This document shows positions 42,471 to 57,728 of a DNA stretch of 64,000 nucleotides, in pieces. A program made the position numbers and the translations under genes. The notes under the pieces are model-generated. The model had not been told where the DNA came from. It worked only from the letters and a program-made list of their open reading frames with translations, and searched no databases. Each line of letters opens with the position of its first letter. The stretch's first letter is position 1. The DNA is from an uncultured Ruficoccus sp. (GTDB lineage: Bacteria > Verrucomicrobiota > Verrucomicrobiia > Opitutales > Cerasicoccaceae). Location: NCBI GenBank assembly GCA_965140785.1, contig OZ223514.1:64001-128000 (forward strand), written 5' to 3'.

Positions 42471-42493
42471 GCCAAGACCAAGGACGCTTCATC

Positions 42494-43145
42494 ATGTCGC
42501 CTATGTCCCACCCCATCCACCAGGCCCTGCGAGAGGTGCGCGAGCTACGGCAGCGCATCCTGGAGAAGCAGCGCTTCAAGGGCTACTCCGGGCGTGCCCG
42601 TGCGCTGGGCGGATGCGTCGCACTGCTGATGGCGCTCGCGCTGTCCGGGGGCGTCGTGCCAGCGACCGAACGTGTTCAACTGCTGGGGTGGGGGATCGTG
42701 CTGCTGGTCGCCCTCGCCCTGAACTTCGGGGCGCTCGTTTACTGGTTTTTATACGACCCGGAGGTGGAGCGCGACTGGCGGCGGCTCAAGCCCGTGCTGG
42801 AGATGTTGCCCGTGCTGATCGCCGGGGGGCGTGCTCACCGTGGCACTCGTGCGCGAGGACCAGCTCGACCTTTTATTCGGCCTGTGGATGATGCTCTACG
42901 GACTGGCTAATTTTACCTCCCGCCGAGTCCTGCCGCGCAACATCGCCTGGGTCGGTGCCTACTACCTGGCCGCTGGTACTGTTTGCCTGCTGGTGCCCGG
43001 CGTGGGCTTCGACCATCCGCTCGTCATGGGTGGGGTGTTTTTCATGGGCGAATGGTTCGGCGGGCTCGTCCTGCACTTCGACGAACGCGCCTCCGTCTGG
43101 GCCTTTTTCGGCCTGCCTAATCCCTTTCCCCGTCACGATGGCTAA
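42494..43145 (+). CDS. Membrane protein (frameshift in a G-run near 42825)
   Basis: ALREVRELRQRI..KQRFKGYSG...GLWMMLYGL; about 6 TM. Confidence 0.75.
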
Positions 43146-43509
43146 ATCATCCAACCCGATAGATAACCTCGCCCGCAGCATGCATGAGCCCAAGCGGCTC
43201 GCCATCCTGTCAACGGTGGCCGCCGAGCCCGAGGGCGTCAGCTTCGGCGAGCTCAAGGACTCGTGCGATCTGACCGACGGCAACCTCAACCGCCACCTCA
43301 AGGTGCTGGAAGAGGAAAAAATCGTGCGCCTGAAAAAAATTACCGGCGACGGACGTGCCCGCACATTGGTGATCATGACCGCCGCCGGGCGGAAAAAATT
43401 TCTCGCCTACCTCGACTCGCTGGAGGCCGCTCTCCGGCAGGCCGCACAGTCCGTGGGCCGCCCCGTGCGTGACCCGGAGGCACCCGGCCTCGCGCCGACG
43501 CACGCGTAA
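43138..43509 (+). CDS. Winged-helix transcriptional regulator (HTH_34/ArsR-like)
   Basis: HEPKRLAILS, SFGELK...LTDGNLNRHLKVLEE, T..GRKKF..YL. Confidence 0.88.
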   Translation: MAKSSNPIDNLARSMHEPKRLAILSTVAAEPEGVSFGELKDSCDLTDGNLNRHLKVLEEEKIVRLKKITGDGRARTLVIMTAAGRKKFLAYLDSLEAALRQAAQSVGRPVRDPEAPGLAPTHA

Positions 43510-43553
43510 GCATCGGGCAGGGGATTATGCAGGCGCGCCGCGCTTCGCGCCGC

Positions 43554-44003
43554 TCACCCCTCGAAGCCGTACTCGTCGAGCATGTCGGAGACGAGGTCTT
43601 TGAGCGGGGGCTTGTTAGCCAGCGAGGGGAGGCTCTCCACACTGCAGCACAGGTAGCCGAGCATGGTCTTGAAGGCGCCGGTGCGCTGATTCTGTTCCAG
43701 CCAGTCGTAAAAATACTCCATCGCCTCCAGCCACTCCGCCAGGCCGTAGGGCGAGTCGTTGACCTGGTCGGCCAGCAGCACGAAACCATTCGGCTCATCG
43801 GGGTTTTCCTTGGCGTGCTCGTCCAGTGCCTCGATGATCATGGCGAACTGGCGCGGGCTCTCGCAGGCTTCCGCCAACTGGCTGAACGAACGCTCGCTCA
43901 GGCGGGCTTCGTCCTGTAGGGTGCGGCCCTCGGAGAGGGCGTCGAGCCACATCATATAGGGGTGGCCGGTGGCTTTGGCGCGGGTTTGGGCGAGGTTTTT
44001 CAT
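43554..44003 (-). CDS. Hypothetical protein
   Basis: 149-aa ORF with GC3-biased codons. Confidence 0.7.
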   Translation of the reverse strand: MKNLAQTRAKATGHPYMMWLDALSEGRTLQDEARLSERSFSQLAEACESPRQFAMIIEALDEHAKENPDEPNGFVLLADQVNDSPYGLAEWLEAMEYFYDWLEQNQRTGAFKTMLGYLCCSVESLPSLANKPPLKDLVSDMLDEYGFEG

Positions 44004-44122
44004 GCGATCATCGGGAGCGGCGGCTTGCCGCGTCGGGCTTGTTCTGTTCTTATTCCAAGCTTCTACCAGAACGCTACGACTTCTCACTCAACTTTCAAAC
44101 CTTCAAACTCTCAATCTTTTTT

Positions 44123-44599
44123 ATGATCCAGCCCGGCGAAAAACTCGACACGAACCTTTCCCTTAAGGCCGTCATCGACGGTGAAAAAACCGACTGCACG
44201 CTGGCCGACCTGCTCAAGCGCCGGACGGTCCTCTCCATCTACATGCGCAACAACACGCCCGGCTGCGACCTGCAGACGCACGCTTTGGCCGCCGCTGCCG
44301 GGGATTTCGATAAACTCGGCTGGGACATCATCGCCGTGAGCAAGGACACCTGCGGCTCGCACCAGAAGTACGCGCAAAAACAGGGCATCGGCTTCACCCT
44401 CGTATCCGATCCTGAATACAAGATCGCCGGTACCGCCGACGCGGTGGTGGAGAAATCCATGTACGGGCGCAAGTACCTGGGCCCTGCCCGCTGCGCCATC
44501 CTCGTCGAGCCCGACGGCACGGTGCTTGGTGTGATCGAAAAGATCGACACCCAGGCACACGCAGAGGAACTGAAGGAACTGATCGCTAAGATCGGCTGA
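44123..44599 (+). CDS. bcp: Peroxiredoxin (BCP/PrxQ family)
   Basis: NNTPGC, VSKD..SH.K, LVSDP, EKSMYGRKY.G. Confidence 0.88.
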   Translation: MIQPGEKLDTNLSLKAVIDGEKTDCTLADLLKRRTVLSIYMRNNTPGCDLQTHALAAAAGDFDKLGWDIIAVSKDTCGSHQKYAQKQGIGFTLVSDPEYKIAGTADAVVEKSMYGRKYLGPARCAILVEPDGTVLGVIEKIDTQAHAEELKELIAKIG

Positions 44600-44673
44600 A
44601 AACTCAGGACCTCCGGCTTTTTTTGCCTGTCCCTTCCTGTTAAATAAGCCTGACAGCACGGCATCCCCCCGCT

Positions 44674-45685
44674 ATGTCCATGCGCATGATCTTGCGTGTC
44701 CTGGTTGTCGGTGTGTGCCTGTTGACCTCCTTTGCCTGTGCGCAGCCGTACGGGCCGCGCACCTTTGAAGGGGAGGGGATGACGGCGCTTGTTACGGCCT
44801 TTGACACGGAGGTCGAGGCGGTATTGAGTCACCTGCGGAATTCTCCGGAGGCCGGACTGGGCGAGGAGTTCGTCTTCCGGGGCGTGCGCTATCGGCTCGG
44901 TACGTACCGGGGCGAGCCGATCGTGGTTTTCGCCACCGGCATCAGCATCACCAATGCCGCCATGACTACGCAGATGGCGCTCGATTACTTCCCGATCAAG
45001 CGCCCTGCTCTTCATGGGTATCTCCGGGGGGATCAATCCGCAGTGGAAGCCGGGGGACGTGGTCGTGCCGGAGGTTTGGTATTACCACGATGAAAATCTC
45101 TACGCGAACCCCGATCCGAATAACCCAGGCGGGCACATCCTGCCGCCGCATCAGATGGAGTTTTATGCCGGGCTGGCGGAGCGTGCGGAGGCCGACCCGC
45201 TGGTGCCCCGCTATGAAAATTACGGCATGGTCTATCCGCGCGAGGTAGCTATTGTCAAAGACGGGCGGCAGGCACCGACCCGCATGCCTTATTTCAAGGT
45301 TAGCCCGGAGCTATATTCCGCAGCCCAGGAAGCGGTGGCTGCGATGACGCCGCCGAAACTCGGTGAGCGGACAGTCCAGATGCAGGTCGGTGGGCGCGGG
45401 GTCACAGGGTCGGTCTTTCTCGACAACCGCGACTACCGGGAATGGGTGTGGGAAGTCTATCAGGCCGAAATTACCGATATGGAGTCCGCCGCGATCGGGC
45501 AGGTCTGCACCGTAAATGATGTGGACTGGCTCGTTATCCGTGCGGTCAGCGACCTGGCGGGCGGCCAGCACAGGGAAAACGAACTGGACATCTACAGCGT
45601 TCCGGCCTCGCGTTTTGGCACGCAACTGCTGTTCGCCGTGCTGGACCAGTTTGCCGAGCAACGCGCCGGTGCTGTGACAGATTAG
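44674..45685 (+). CDS. Exported MTA/SAH nucleosidase family protein (frameshift near 45005)
   Basis: Signal peptide; GISITNAAM, GISGG, TGSVF, DMESAAIGQVC, IRAVSDLAG. Confidence 0.85.
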
Positions 45686-45930
45686 GACGCGTCGTAATCG
45701 AGCAGGAACTTAGCTACGAAGACCGAGCGACCGTGCTCGGCGATGCTCCAGCGCATCAGCTCGTCCAGCGTCTTCATGACGAGATCATGCTCGCCGACGA
45801 TGACCGTTGAGGTGCCGCCGGTGATACACTTGAGCCCTTCGCGTTCACTGAGCTTTTTGATGAAGCTCTTGATCTGCGGCTTCCAGTTTTCGTTGAGCGG
45901 GTACAGGCTGAGTTCGATGCTGGTGGTCAT
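45682..45930 (-). CDS. YkoF/MTH1187 thiamine-binding family small protein
   Basis: SIELSLYPL, FI..L, STVIVGE. Confidence 0.75.
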   Translation of the reverse strand: MTTSIELSLYPLNENWKPQIKSFIKKLSEREGLKCITGGTSTVIVGEHDLVMKTLDELMRWSIAEHGRSVFVAKFLLDYDAS

Positions 45931-46017
45931 GGCGTGTCGTGGATATTTGGATACACAGATAGATGGTGCTTTGAGCGAAGGTTCTGCCGGGCCTGCCCGG
46001 GGTCGAAGGCCGGACGC

Positions 46018-48718
<2,701 letters not shown>

Positions 48719-48834
48719 CGGATGGTTTGGAAGGGTGGTCCGTTTCGCCGGGCGGAGGGAAACGCCCGGGTGGCGAAAGGACGACGGTGTTGAAAATGAA
48801 AAATCGTGTCGGTCCGGTCTGTCTAGGACGCGGT

Positions 48835-49923
<1,089 letters not shown>

Positions 49924-49936
49924 GGTTAAATTTTCA

Positions 49937-49954
49937 CATCAAGATATCCGGATG
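49937..49954. promoter_or_regulatory. SahR/SamR-like palindromic operator upstream of metH
   Basis: CATCAAGATATCCGGATG, 13 bp upstream of the start codon. Confidence 0.55.
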
Positions 49955-50045
49955 GATTGATGCGTTACAACTCTAAATTGAACTTTTTCTCCGGGTGTCA
50001 AGTGGACTTGAAGTGTGTCCGGTATGTCCTCATGTTCAAGGGCGG

Positions 50046-51725
50046 ATGCGTAAGAAGCTGATCATCACCGTTGTCATCGTGGCCGTGCTCATTGGCGGGG
50101 TCTGGGCGTTGGTGGGGTGGTTCAACCGCTCGCAGCAGACGGATCTGCTCCAGCGGGCCCGGTCGGATTACGAGGCGGGGCACCGCGACTGGATGGTGGA
50201 CCACCTGAACGAGGCGCTGGCCCTGGACCCGGACGACCTGGAGGCGCTTCAGGCTCAGGCCGAGCTGTTGGATAAGATTGAAGACCCGGCCTGTGTGGGC
50301 GTTTACCGGCGCCTGAGCGAACTCCAACCGGAAAATTTCGAGGCCCTGAGTGCCTGGCTGGGCGCATTGGTGCGCTACGATCGGACGGCTGACGCCGTCA
50401 GTGCCTACGAGCGGGTCGCCACCTCGGGCAGTCCGCTGGCCGGGACGGCGGCGTTCTCGCGATTGGGGGCGAACTTGGCGCAGGCGGCGGGAGATGCGGA
50501 GACGAACCTGCGTTACCTGCGCGAGGCCTACGCGCGCGATCCGCAGAACGGGGAAACCGCCTTCGATCTGTCGGTCGCCGAGGTCCGGGTGCTTCCGGTG
50601 GAGGAACTCGGGCCCACCATGAAACGCCTGGAAGGGCTGCTCAGCGACCCGGAAGTCCGCAACCAGGCGGCGATGCTCCTGCTGGAAATGCAGAGCAAGC
50701 TTGGTGACGATGAGGCGCTGATGGCGACCGCGGAGCGCATTTGGGAGGCGGGCTACGACGATGTTAATTTTCGCCTCTTTGCGCTGGAGGCGTATTACCG
50801 GTTGGACCGTGAATTGTTCGATCAGCGCCTGGCCCTGCTGCTGGAGCAGGAACAACGCGACAATCAGGATCTGACCAAGGTTTTTGACTGGCTCCTGGCG
50901 CATGAGGAGTACGACACGATTATCAAAACGGCCAACGCCGAGGGCATGCAGATGAGCAACCTCCTGCGCCCGCCGGTGGCCAACCGTGTGGCCGAGGCCA
51001 TGGTTCTCTCCGACCAGCTCAAGGCCTTGCGTGCCTACAACGCGAAGGTGGACTGGACCGGTGCGGAGGGCTTCGCCTCGCTTTTGCCGCCGCTGGCCCG
51101 GACCCTGGACCGCGAAGAAGCCCGCACCGCGCCCAACCCGGCCTTCACCCGCTGGCTCGGGTCGGCCACCTTGCCGCAGTTGCGGGAGGTTCTGCCGGTG
51201 ACGCAGCGGCTGGACTTCGAGCGCGAGCGGGCCGCCATCCTGCAGGAAATTATCCGCGACGAGCCTTGGGACCGCGACGCCTATGTGCAGCTCTACGCCC
51301 TGCGCGAGGCCAATCGTGATTCCCTCGGCATGCTCAAGCTCCTGCAGGAGTCACGCATTAATTTTCCGCAGGACCGTGCGATCCGGGACGAGTTCGCCTG
51401 GGTCGCCATGGTGCTCAACGTGGACCGCCGTGATGCCGAGCAGTTGGCGTTAAAAAATTACAGCTATGACCCGACGGACCCCCAGTACCGCGTGACCTGG
51501 GCGCTGGCCCAGTGCCTCCAGGGCGAACCGGCCAAGGCACTGGAACTGCTGGAGCCGATGGAAGGGCTTTCGCTGCGCGGGCAACTGGTCAAAGCGCTGG
51601 CCTACCGGCTGCTAGGCCAGATGGATGCCGCCACAGAAGTCCTCGACGGGATCGAGATGGACGAATTGCTGCCGGAGGAGCGGCGGCTCGTTTTGGAGTC
51701 GCGCCCGCTGCCTCGGGACGAGTAA
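50046..51725 (+). CDS. Membrane-anchored TPR protein
   Basis: N-terminal TM; ALALDPDD, ELQPEN, ARDPQN TPR turns. Confidence 0.8.
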   Translation: MRKKLIITVVIVAVLIGGVWALVGWFNRSQQTDLLQRARSDYEAGHRDWMVDHLNEALALDPDDLEALQAQAELLDKIEDPACVGVYRRLSELQPENFEALSAWLGALVRYDRTADAVSAYERVATSGSPLAGTAAFSRLGANLAQAAGDAETNLRYLREAYARDPQNGETAFDLSVAEVRVLPVEELGPTMKRLEGLLSDPEVRNQAAMLLLEMQSKLGDDEALMATAERIWEAGYDDVNFRLFALEAYYRLDRELFDQRLALLLEQEQRDNQDLTKVFDWLLAHEEYDTIIKTANAEGMQMSNLLRPPVANRVAEAMVLSDQLKALRAYNAKVDWTGAEGFASLLPPLARTLDREEARTAPNPAFTRWLGSATLPQLREVLPVTQRLDFERERAAILQEIIRDEPWDRDAYVQLYALREANRDSLGMLKLLQESRINFPQDRAIRDEFAWVAMVLNVDRRDAEQLALKNYSYDPTDPQYRVTWALAQCLQGEPAKALELLEPMEGLSLRGQLVKALAYRLLGQMDAATEVLDGIEMDELLPEERRLVLESRPLPRDE

Positions 51726-51736
51726 TCTCTCCGCTT

Positions 51737-52410
51737 ATGTCGAGTGCTTTGGAGGAGTTGAAACCGCGCCTGCCCGCCGTCCCCGAGGCGGCTTGGGAAA
51801 AACTGGCCCAGTGGGCCGAACTGATGCGGGAATGGAACGAGCGGGTCAACCTCGTCTCGCGCAAGGACATCGACCAGCTTGAGCGCCACCACCTCGCGCC
51901 CTGCCTGGCCATCACCGGGGAGCTGAAGCTCATGAACGGCGCCCGCGTGATCGATGTCGGCACCGGCGGCGGCTTGCCGGGACTGCCCATGGCCATCTGT
52001 TACCCGCAGGCGCGCTTCACGCTGGTGGACTCGGTCGGCAAAAAAATCCGCGTGGTCGAGGACATCACGAAGCGCCTGAACCTGAAAAACGTGGAAGTGC
52101 GCAACTGCCGGGTCGAGACCCTCAAGAGCCCGTTTGATTTTGTTACGGGCCGGGCGGTAGCGGACTTGACCGCCTTCATCAACTGGGTCCGTCCTCTCTG
52201 CCGCAAGGGCAAGGCCCACTCCCTGCCCAACGGTTTGCTCTACTGGCGCGGGGAGATGTGGAGGCCGAGGCCGCCGCGCTCAAGTCGAAGCTCGCCCGCA
52301 CCGTCTCGCTGGAAGAGCGCCTGGGCGACCCGTATTTCGAAAACAAATACATCCTGCACTTCCGCGCCGAGGACCTGCGCAGCGAACCGGGTTGCACCCG
52401 GGGGCAGTGA
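51737..52410 (+). CDS. rsmG: 16S rRNA (guanine527-N7)-methyltransferase (frameshift near 52250)
   Basis: WNERVNLVS, DVGTGGGLPG, DSVGKK, GRAV; corrected frame ends ...PYFENKYILHF...GQ*. Confidence 0.9.
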
Positions 52411-52449
52411 GGGGCTTGGCCCCTACGCCGCCAAAAGGCGGCTACCCCG
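52387..52449. repeat. Dispersed repeat family A, copy 3
   Basis: Reverse complement closely matches 18381-18444. Confidence 0.8.
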
Positions 52450-52651
52450 GAAAAGTGTGTTTCTGCGATTTCTCAACATCGGTAACGACATCTGTTTCAG
52501 GTAGCGGCTACTGTTCCGGATCTTCTATTAGTAGCGGTTCTCTTGTTCTCAAAGTAGGTACGGTGGCATCGTGGGGCAGGAGCCTTTCCTGGCTCCGATG
52601 GGGAGGGCCCCATTTCGGTGCGAAGCACCGAGGGTGCAGGGCATGCCCTGC

Positions 52652-54397
52652 TTAAGCCTTTCCGCCTTGCCCGGCGAGGAGGTGGGCGAAGAAGCCGTCG
52701 AGCTTCGAGAGTTCGTCGAAGGACCCGCATTCCTGGATCACGCCTTTGTGCAGGACGACGATGCGGTCGGCGTCCTTGACCGTGCTCAGGCGGTGGGCGA
52801 TGGTGATGACCGTGCGGCCTTGGGCCAGGTTGGCCAGGGCGGCCTGGACCTGCCGCTCGCTTTCGTAGTCGAGGGCGGAGGTGGCCTCGTCGAGGATGAG
52901 GATGCGTGGGTTGCGCAGCAGAGCGCGGGCGATGGCGATGCGCTGGCGCTGACCGCCGGAGAGACTGACTCCGCGCTCGCCGACCTTGGTCTTGTAGCCC
53001 TCGTCAAGCTGCTCGATAAACTCGTGGGCGTAGGCGAGGCGGGCTGCCTCGCGGACTTCCTCCTCGGTCGCATTGGGACGACCGAAGCGGATGTTGTCGT
53101 AATGGAGCCCGAGAGCAGCAGGCTGTCCTGCATGACGATGGCGCAGCTGCGGCGGAACTCGGGCATGGCGATCCGCGACTGGGGCATCCCCGTCGATGCA
53201 GATGCGCCCCTCGCGCGGGGCGTACACCCCGAGGATCAGGCTGACGATCGTGCTCTTGCCCGAGCCGGAGGGCCCGACGAAGGCACGTGCTCGCCGGATT
53301 TGATCGTCAGGTTGAAATGCTTGAGCACGTCCGGCTTGTCCTGTTCGTAGGTGAAGCTCACGTCCTCGAACGCGATCTCCCCGCGCATGTGCTTAAAAGT
53401 GTAATCGCCGTTCCACTTCTCGACGTAGCCGCTGTCGAGCAGTTCGCGGATGCTGCGGTAGCTCTCCTGGCCCAGATAGTACTGCTGGCTGAAGGCCGTG
53501 ATCTGGTTGATCGGGCGCAGGATGATCGGCAGCGCCGCCTGGAAGGCGACCAGCGTGCCGATGGTGGCATGCCCGCTGATAACGAGGATCGCGCTCATGA
53601 CGATGACCGTGACCGAGAGCACTTCAGTGGAGACGAAGCTGAAGGTGCCGAAATTCTGATTGAGCAGGATCTGGCGTTCGCGCCCCTCGCGGAAGCCCTC
53701 GCTGTGCGTGTCCATGTGATTATGCACGGTCTGCTCCTCGCCCAGGCTGCGGACCAGGCGCAGGGCGGAGATGTATTCGCTGGCCGCGCCGGTCAACTGC
53801 TCGCGGGCCAGACGCACGCTGCGGTTGGTCTGCATGATGCGCTTCATGAAGATCCAGCGGATGACGAAGATGATCGGCACCACACAGACGATGACGCCCG
53901 AGAGCAGCGGATTAATAAAGGCGAGGATGATGGCCAGCGAGCCGGCGGTAAACCAGCTCAGGCATGATCTGGTGGATCATTGGGATGAGCACCCCTTCGA
54001 CCTGCTGGGTATCAAAGGCGTACTTGGACAACAGCCGCCCGGTCTTTGTCCGGTCGAGAAACCCGAAGTGCATGAACTGGAGCTTGTGGAAGATGCGCGC
54101 CCGCAGGTCCAGCACCATGCGCGGGATGCGTTTGGAAACGACCTTGTTACCGGCCTGAGCGATGACGGCGTGCAGCGCGATCAGGCACAGGATGACGCCC
54201 CCCAGTTGCAGGACCACGCTGATTTCCTTATTGGCCAGCGCGTGGTCGATGATGGCTTGGTCACCATCGGGATCGGCGCGATGGCGAGCGAGCGCACCAT
54301 CGTCAATACGAGCAATCCGCCGAGGCGCTGGCGTTCGCTCCAGATGAATTCGATCAGGCGGGTTCTTTTCGGCCCTGTGGGGCATTGGCATGTGCAT
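52652..54397 (-). CDS. ABC exporter, fused permease/ATPase (multiple frameshifts)
   Basis: TM region, GPSGSGKS, LSGGQRQR, ILDEATSALD, IAHRLST across frames. Confidence 0.85.
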
Positions 54398-54714
54398 TCA
54401 TTGTCGGCGGGTCCTGAAACCGCCCGTCGGAGCCGTGGCGAGGGAGCGCTGGCGCTGGGTTTATGCTTGTGACCAGGCGCCCTGGAACGGGCTTCGACCC
54501 TCCTTTACTCTTTTAAAATGTTCCTGCCCGCCTGTCCATGGCAAGCCTTTCTGGGAGTTTGAACGTTTGAAGGTTTGAAAGTTTGAGAGTTACACACGGT
54601 TGCCCAATCAGGCAGACTGATCGGAGTCATTCGAAAAAGTGAAAAAGCCCGCGCCCGGTATGCCCGGCCAAGAAACGCATTGCCGGGAAGGGGAGGGGTG
54701 CACACTGTCGGGGC

Positions 54715-55260
54715 ATGACCCATCATGAACGCCTTGAGCATTATCTGAACCAGGAACCGCAGATCGACGAGACGGCCTTCGTGCACCCGAGCTCGGTCGT
54801 CATGGGCGCGGTTACGATGGCTCCCACGAGCAGCGTCTGGCCCTGCGTCGTGCTGCGCGGGGACATCAACTCGATCGAGATCGGTGAAGGCAGCAACGTT
54901 CAGGACGGGTCGGTCGTGCACCTGGCCGACGACTTCGGGGTAAAAATCGGCAAGTACGTCACCATCGGCCATATGGCCATGATCCACGCTTGCACGATCG
55001 AGGACGAGTGCCTGATCGGGATGCACGCGACCATCCTCGACGGGGCCGTCATCGGTGCGCGCTCCATCGTCGGGGCCGGGGCGCTGGTGACGAAGAACAC
55101 CCACGTCCCGCCCGGTTCGCTCGTGCTCGGCTCGCCCGCCAAGGTGGTCAAATCCCTCCCCGAAGACCAGCAGGCCGGTATCCGCCACTGGGCCGAAAAA
55201 TACGTCGAAGTGGCCGCCTTCCATAAGGCCAAGCTCTTGCGCGAGCAGGCCGGGCAGTAG
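54715..55260 (+). CDS. Gamma carbonic anhydrase family (hexapeptide repeat) protein
   Basis: LRGDINSI.IG..SNVQDG.VVH, TIGH.AMIHAC, GSPAK. Confidence 0.92.
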   Translation: MTHHERLEHYLNQEPQIDETAFVHPSSVVMGAVTMAPTSSVWPCVVLRGDINSIEIGEGSNVQDGSVVHLADDFGVKIGKYVTIGHMAMIHACTIEDECLIGMHATILDGAVIGARSIVGAGALVTKNTHVPPGSLVLGSPAKVVKSLPEDQQAGIRHWAEKYVEVAAFHKAKLLREQAGQ

Positions 55261-55376
55261 TTTTTTTTCGGACTTTTCCAGCGCTGTGGCGATGCGCGGC
55301 ATAGAGAAGGTAGGCTTAATGCTGGTCCAGCCGGACCTGCCGCGGGTGCGGGCTGTGTAAGCCCGAAAACAAAAAT

Positions 55377-56135
55377 CTACCCCAAGGCCCCGGCAACGGC
55401 GATCCGCAACGCGGTGACGTGGCCTTCACGCGGGTGGCCAGCTCGCGGGCGCTGGGGGCTTCGAGGGTATAGACTTCGGGGCAGGCGCCCTCGCCCAGAT
55501 AGAGGGCTTCGGCCCAGCCGCCGATCTCTTCGGGGCTGACTGTGCCCGGCTTGCTGGTGATGAGGCCGTTGCGGGCGGGGCGTTTCTCGATGACCGGGGT
55601 GCGGTCGATGCCGCAGATGGGCTCGACCGCCTCAAGCATGGCCCGACCCAGGCCGGGGCGTCCGTCTGCCTTGTGTTCGTAGATATAATACCCGGCGCTC
55701 TCCCAGTCCTCGTGGAGGCAGACGGCTAGTTGGTAGGTCAGGTCGAGTGCGCGCATGCAGGCTCGTTGGCGCGGATGTGGGGAGAGGCGAAGTTCAGATA
55801 GTCGCGGTTGAGGTCGCCGAACTGGGGGTGCTCGCGGGTGCCGGCACGCAGCCCTTCGGGGTTGAGCAGGGGAAGACCACCGCCCCGGCATGGGCGGGCA
55901 GGAGCTTTTCCTGTAAAAACTCGAGCACGGCGAGCGGGCCGGCCGGTTCGTCTCCGTGGATACCGGCGGAGAGGTAGAGCCACGGACAACCGGGTTCGGG
56001 CTCGCGGAGCGCATAGGGGAGGCTGAGGCCCTCGTCCTGGCCGAAGCTTTTTACCGTGAACCCCGCGTCGGTGGCGGCGGGCTCCCAACTTTTTTCGAAA
56101 GCGGTGAGGTCGAGGGCGGGTCCGGTATAAGCCAT
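55377..56135 (-). CDS. M14/succinylglutamate desuccinylase family metallopeptidase (frameshifted)
   Basis: LSAGIHGDEPAG, NPEG...TRE, DLNRDY, LHEDWE, YTLEAP. Confidence 0.82.
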
Positions 56136-56286
56136 GCTTGTGTCTTTCGCGTTGAATCCTGAAAACCGGTGTGCAGACTGAGGGGCGTACTCAATCCTGC
56201 CCGTTCCGGGCTTTGTGTGCACTGCCTACGGAAAGTCCTGTCCCCGCCGGTTGCAAGCCGAAGGCACTAATCTCTTCTCTCTCCCC

Positions 56287-57655
56287 ATGCCTAAACAGTC
56301 CTCCTGTCTGGTCTTATCCGCACTCATCCTTTGCCTGGGGGCGGAGCTGCCGCTGCAGGCCCGCTCCCTGCCCGCGCAGGAGAAGCTGAAGGAAAGGGAA
56401 GAGGCCTCCCCAGCGGTGTCGAATGAGAATAAGTCGTCGGCGCGGGAGGAGACTCGCCCGGTCTTTACGCCGCAGGAGCGGGCCGAGCTGCAAGAGATGG
56501 CCAAGGGCAATACGAACGCCAGCGAAGAGCGGCTGCGGGAACTGCTGCGGGAGTATTCCTCGCGTTTCCCCGGTCTGATTAGCACGGCAGGGTTGACCCT
56601 GAACCAGCAACCGGGCGACTACCGCGACAAGCACAACGCCGTCATGTGGCAGTACGCCTGTGTCTCGAATGTCAACAGCATCACCGTGCAGCCGAACCCC
56701 CAGGTGGCCCTGATCGATCTGCTCACCTACACCACGCGGGCGCTGGGCTATGTGAACAGTCCCGACGGCCAGGCCTTTCTGGGCGAGTATCAGCCCGACT
56801 ACGCCGAGGTGATGAAGGAGGCGGACGAGTGGGCCTGGTGGCTGGCCGATTTCGTTCTCGGAGACAAGGACTACGCTATTCTTAAGCGTGAGGTCACCGA
56901 CTGGTGCGCCAAGAACCCGATGACGTCTTTCATGGGCCGGGAAAATATTGGCTTGCTGGCCGGGGACCGCTTCGTCCCGCCACCCCTCGCAGCAGCTCGC
57001 CGACAGCCTGTTTTTCAGCGGCCTGGAGAAAGGCATTGACAGTACCGCTGTCGAGCTCAAGCAGGCCAACCGCACCCTGGAAAACTTCTATGTCCTGATG
57101 GACTGGATGCCGGTCTATGTTTACTGGACCGGGGAGATTGCCGCTTACAAGTTTCTTGAGTCCGAGACCGGCCAATCCCTGGTCAGTTTCATCAACGGGT
57201 TGGATGAGACCCAGCAGCGCTTGAACGAAACCGCCGGTTACTTCGCCAGCCTGGATGACTTGGTCAAGCCTTTCGCCGATGAGATATCCCGGCCCGGGAA
57301 CCAGGATGTTCCGCGTAAATTCTTTGCCGCCCTGGAGCAATCCTCCGAACTGATGGAGCGCCTGGGCCAGATGGAGGAGGATGTCGAGTCCCTGCTCAAC
57401 GACGCCGACGGCTTGCCCCTGGGTGACCGGATCGCCTCCATCGACGCGAGCCTGCAGCGACTGGCCGTCGTGGGGGACCAGTTAGAGAAGCTCAGCCCGG
57501 TGATCGACGAGTTACAGAACCCTGAAAAAATGACCGAAAAGATCGAGGGCATGGCGGTCCGTGTCATCCTCGTTTTCTTTGTCTGCTTGCTGGTTTCTCA
57601 GGTCCTGGCGGCCTGGCTGGTGGAGAAAATCCGCCGAAAGGCCCCAAGTTCCTGA
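56287..57655 (+). CDS. Hypothetical exported protein with C-terminal TM (frameshift near 56980)
   Basis: Signal peptide, helical body, C-terminal VILVFFVCLLV TM; two overlapping ORFs. Confidence 0.7.
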
Positions 57656-57728
57656 CCGTTATTTAGCCGGAGAAGAGTTGCCCTTTGGCGTTGACGAATG
57701 GCCCGATCAGGTACGAGTATTATAGACT

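Noticed and set aside
49924..50045. SAM or cobalamin riboswitch upstream of metH
   Set aside because: The intergenic region is only about 120 bp and lacks the conserved aptamer motifs
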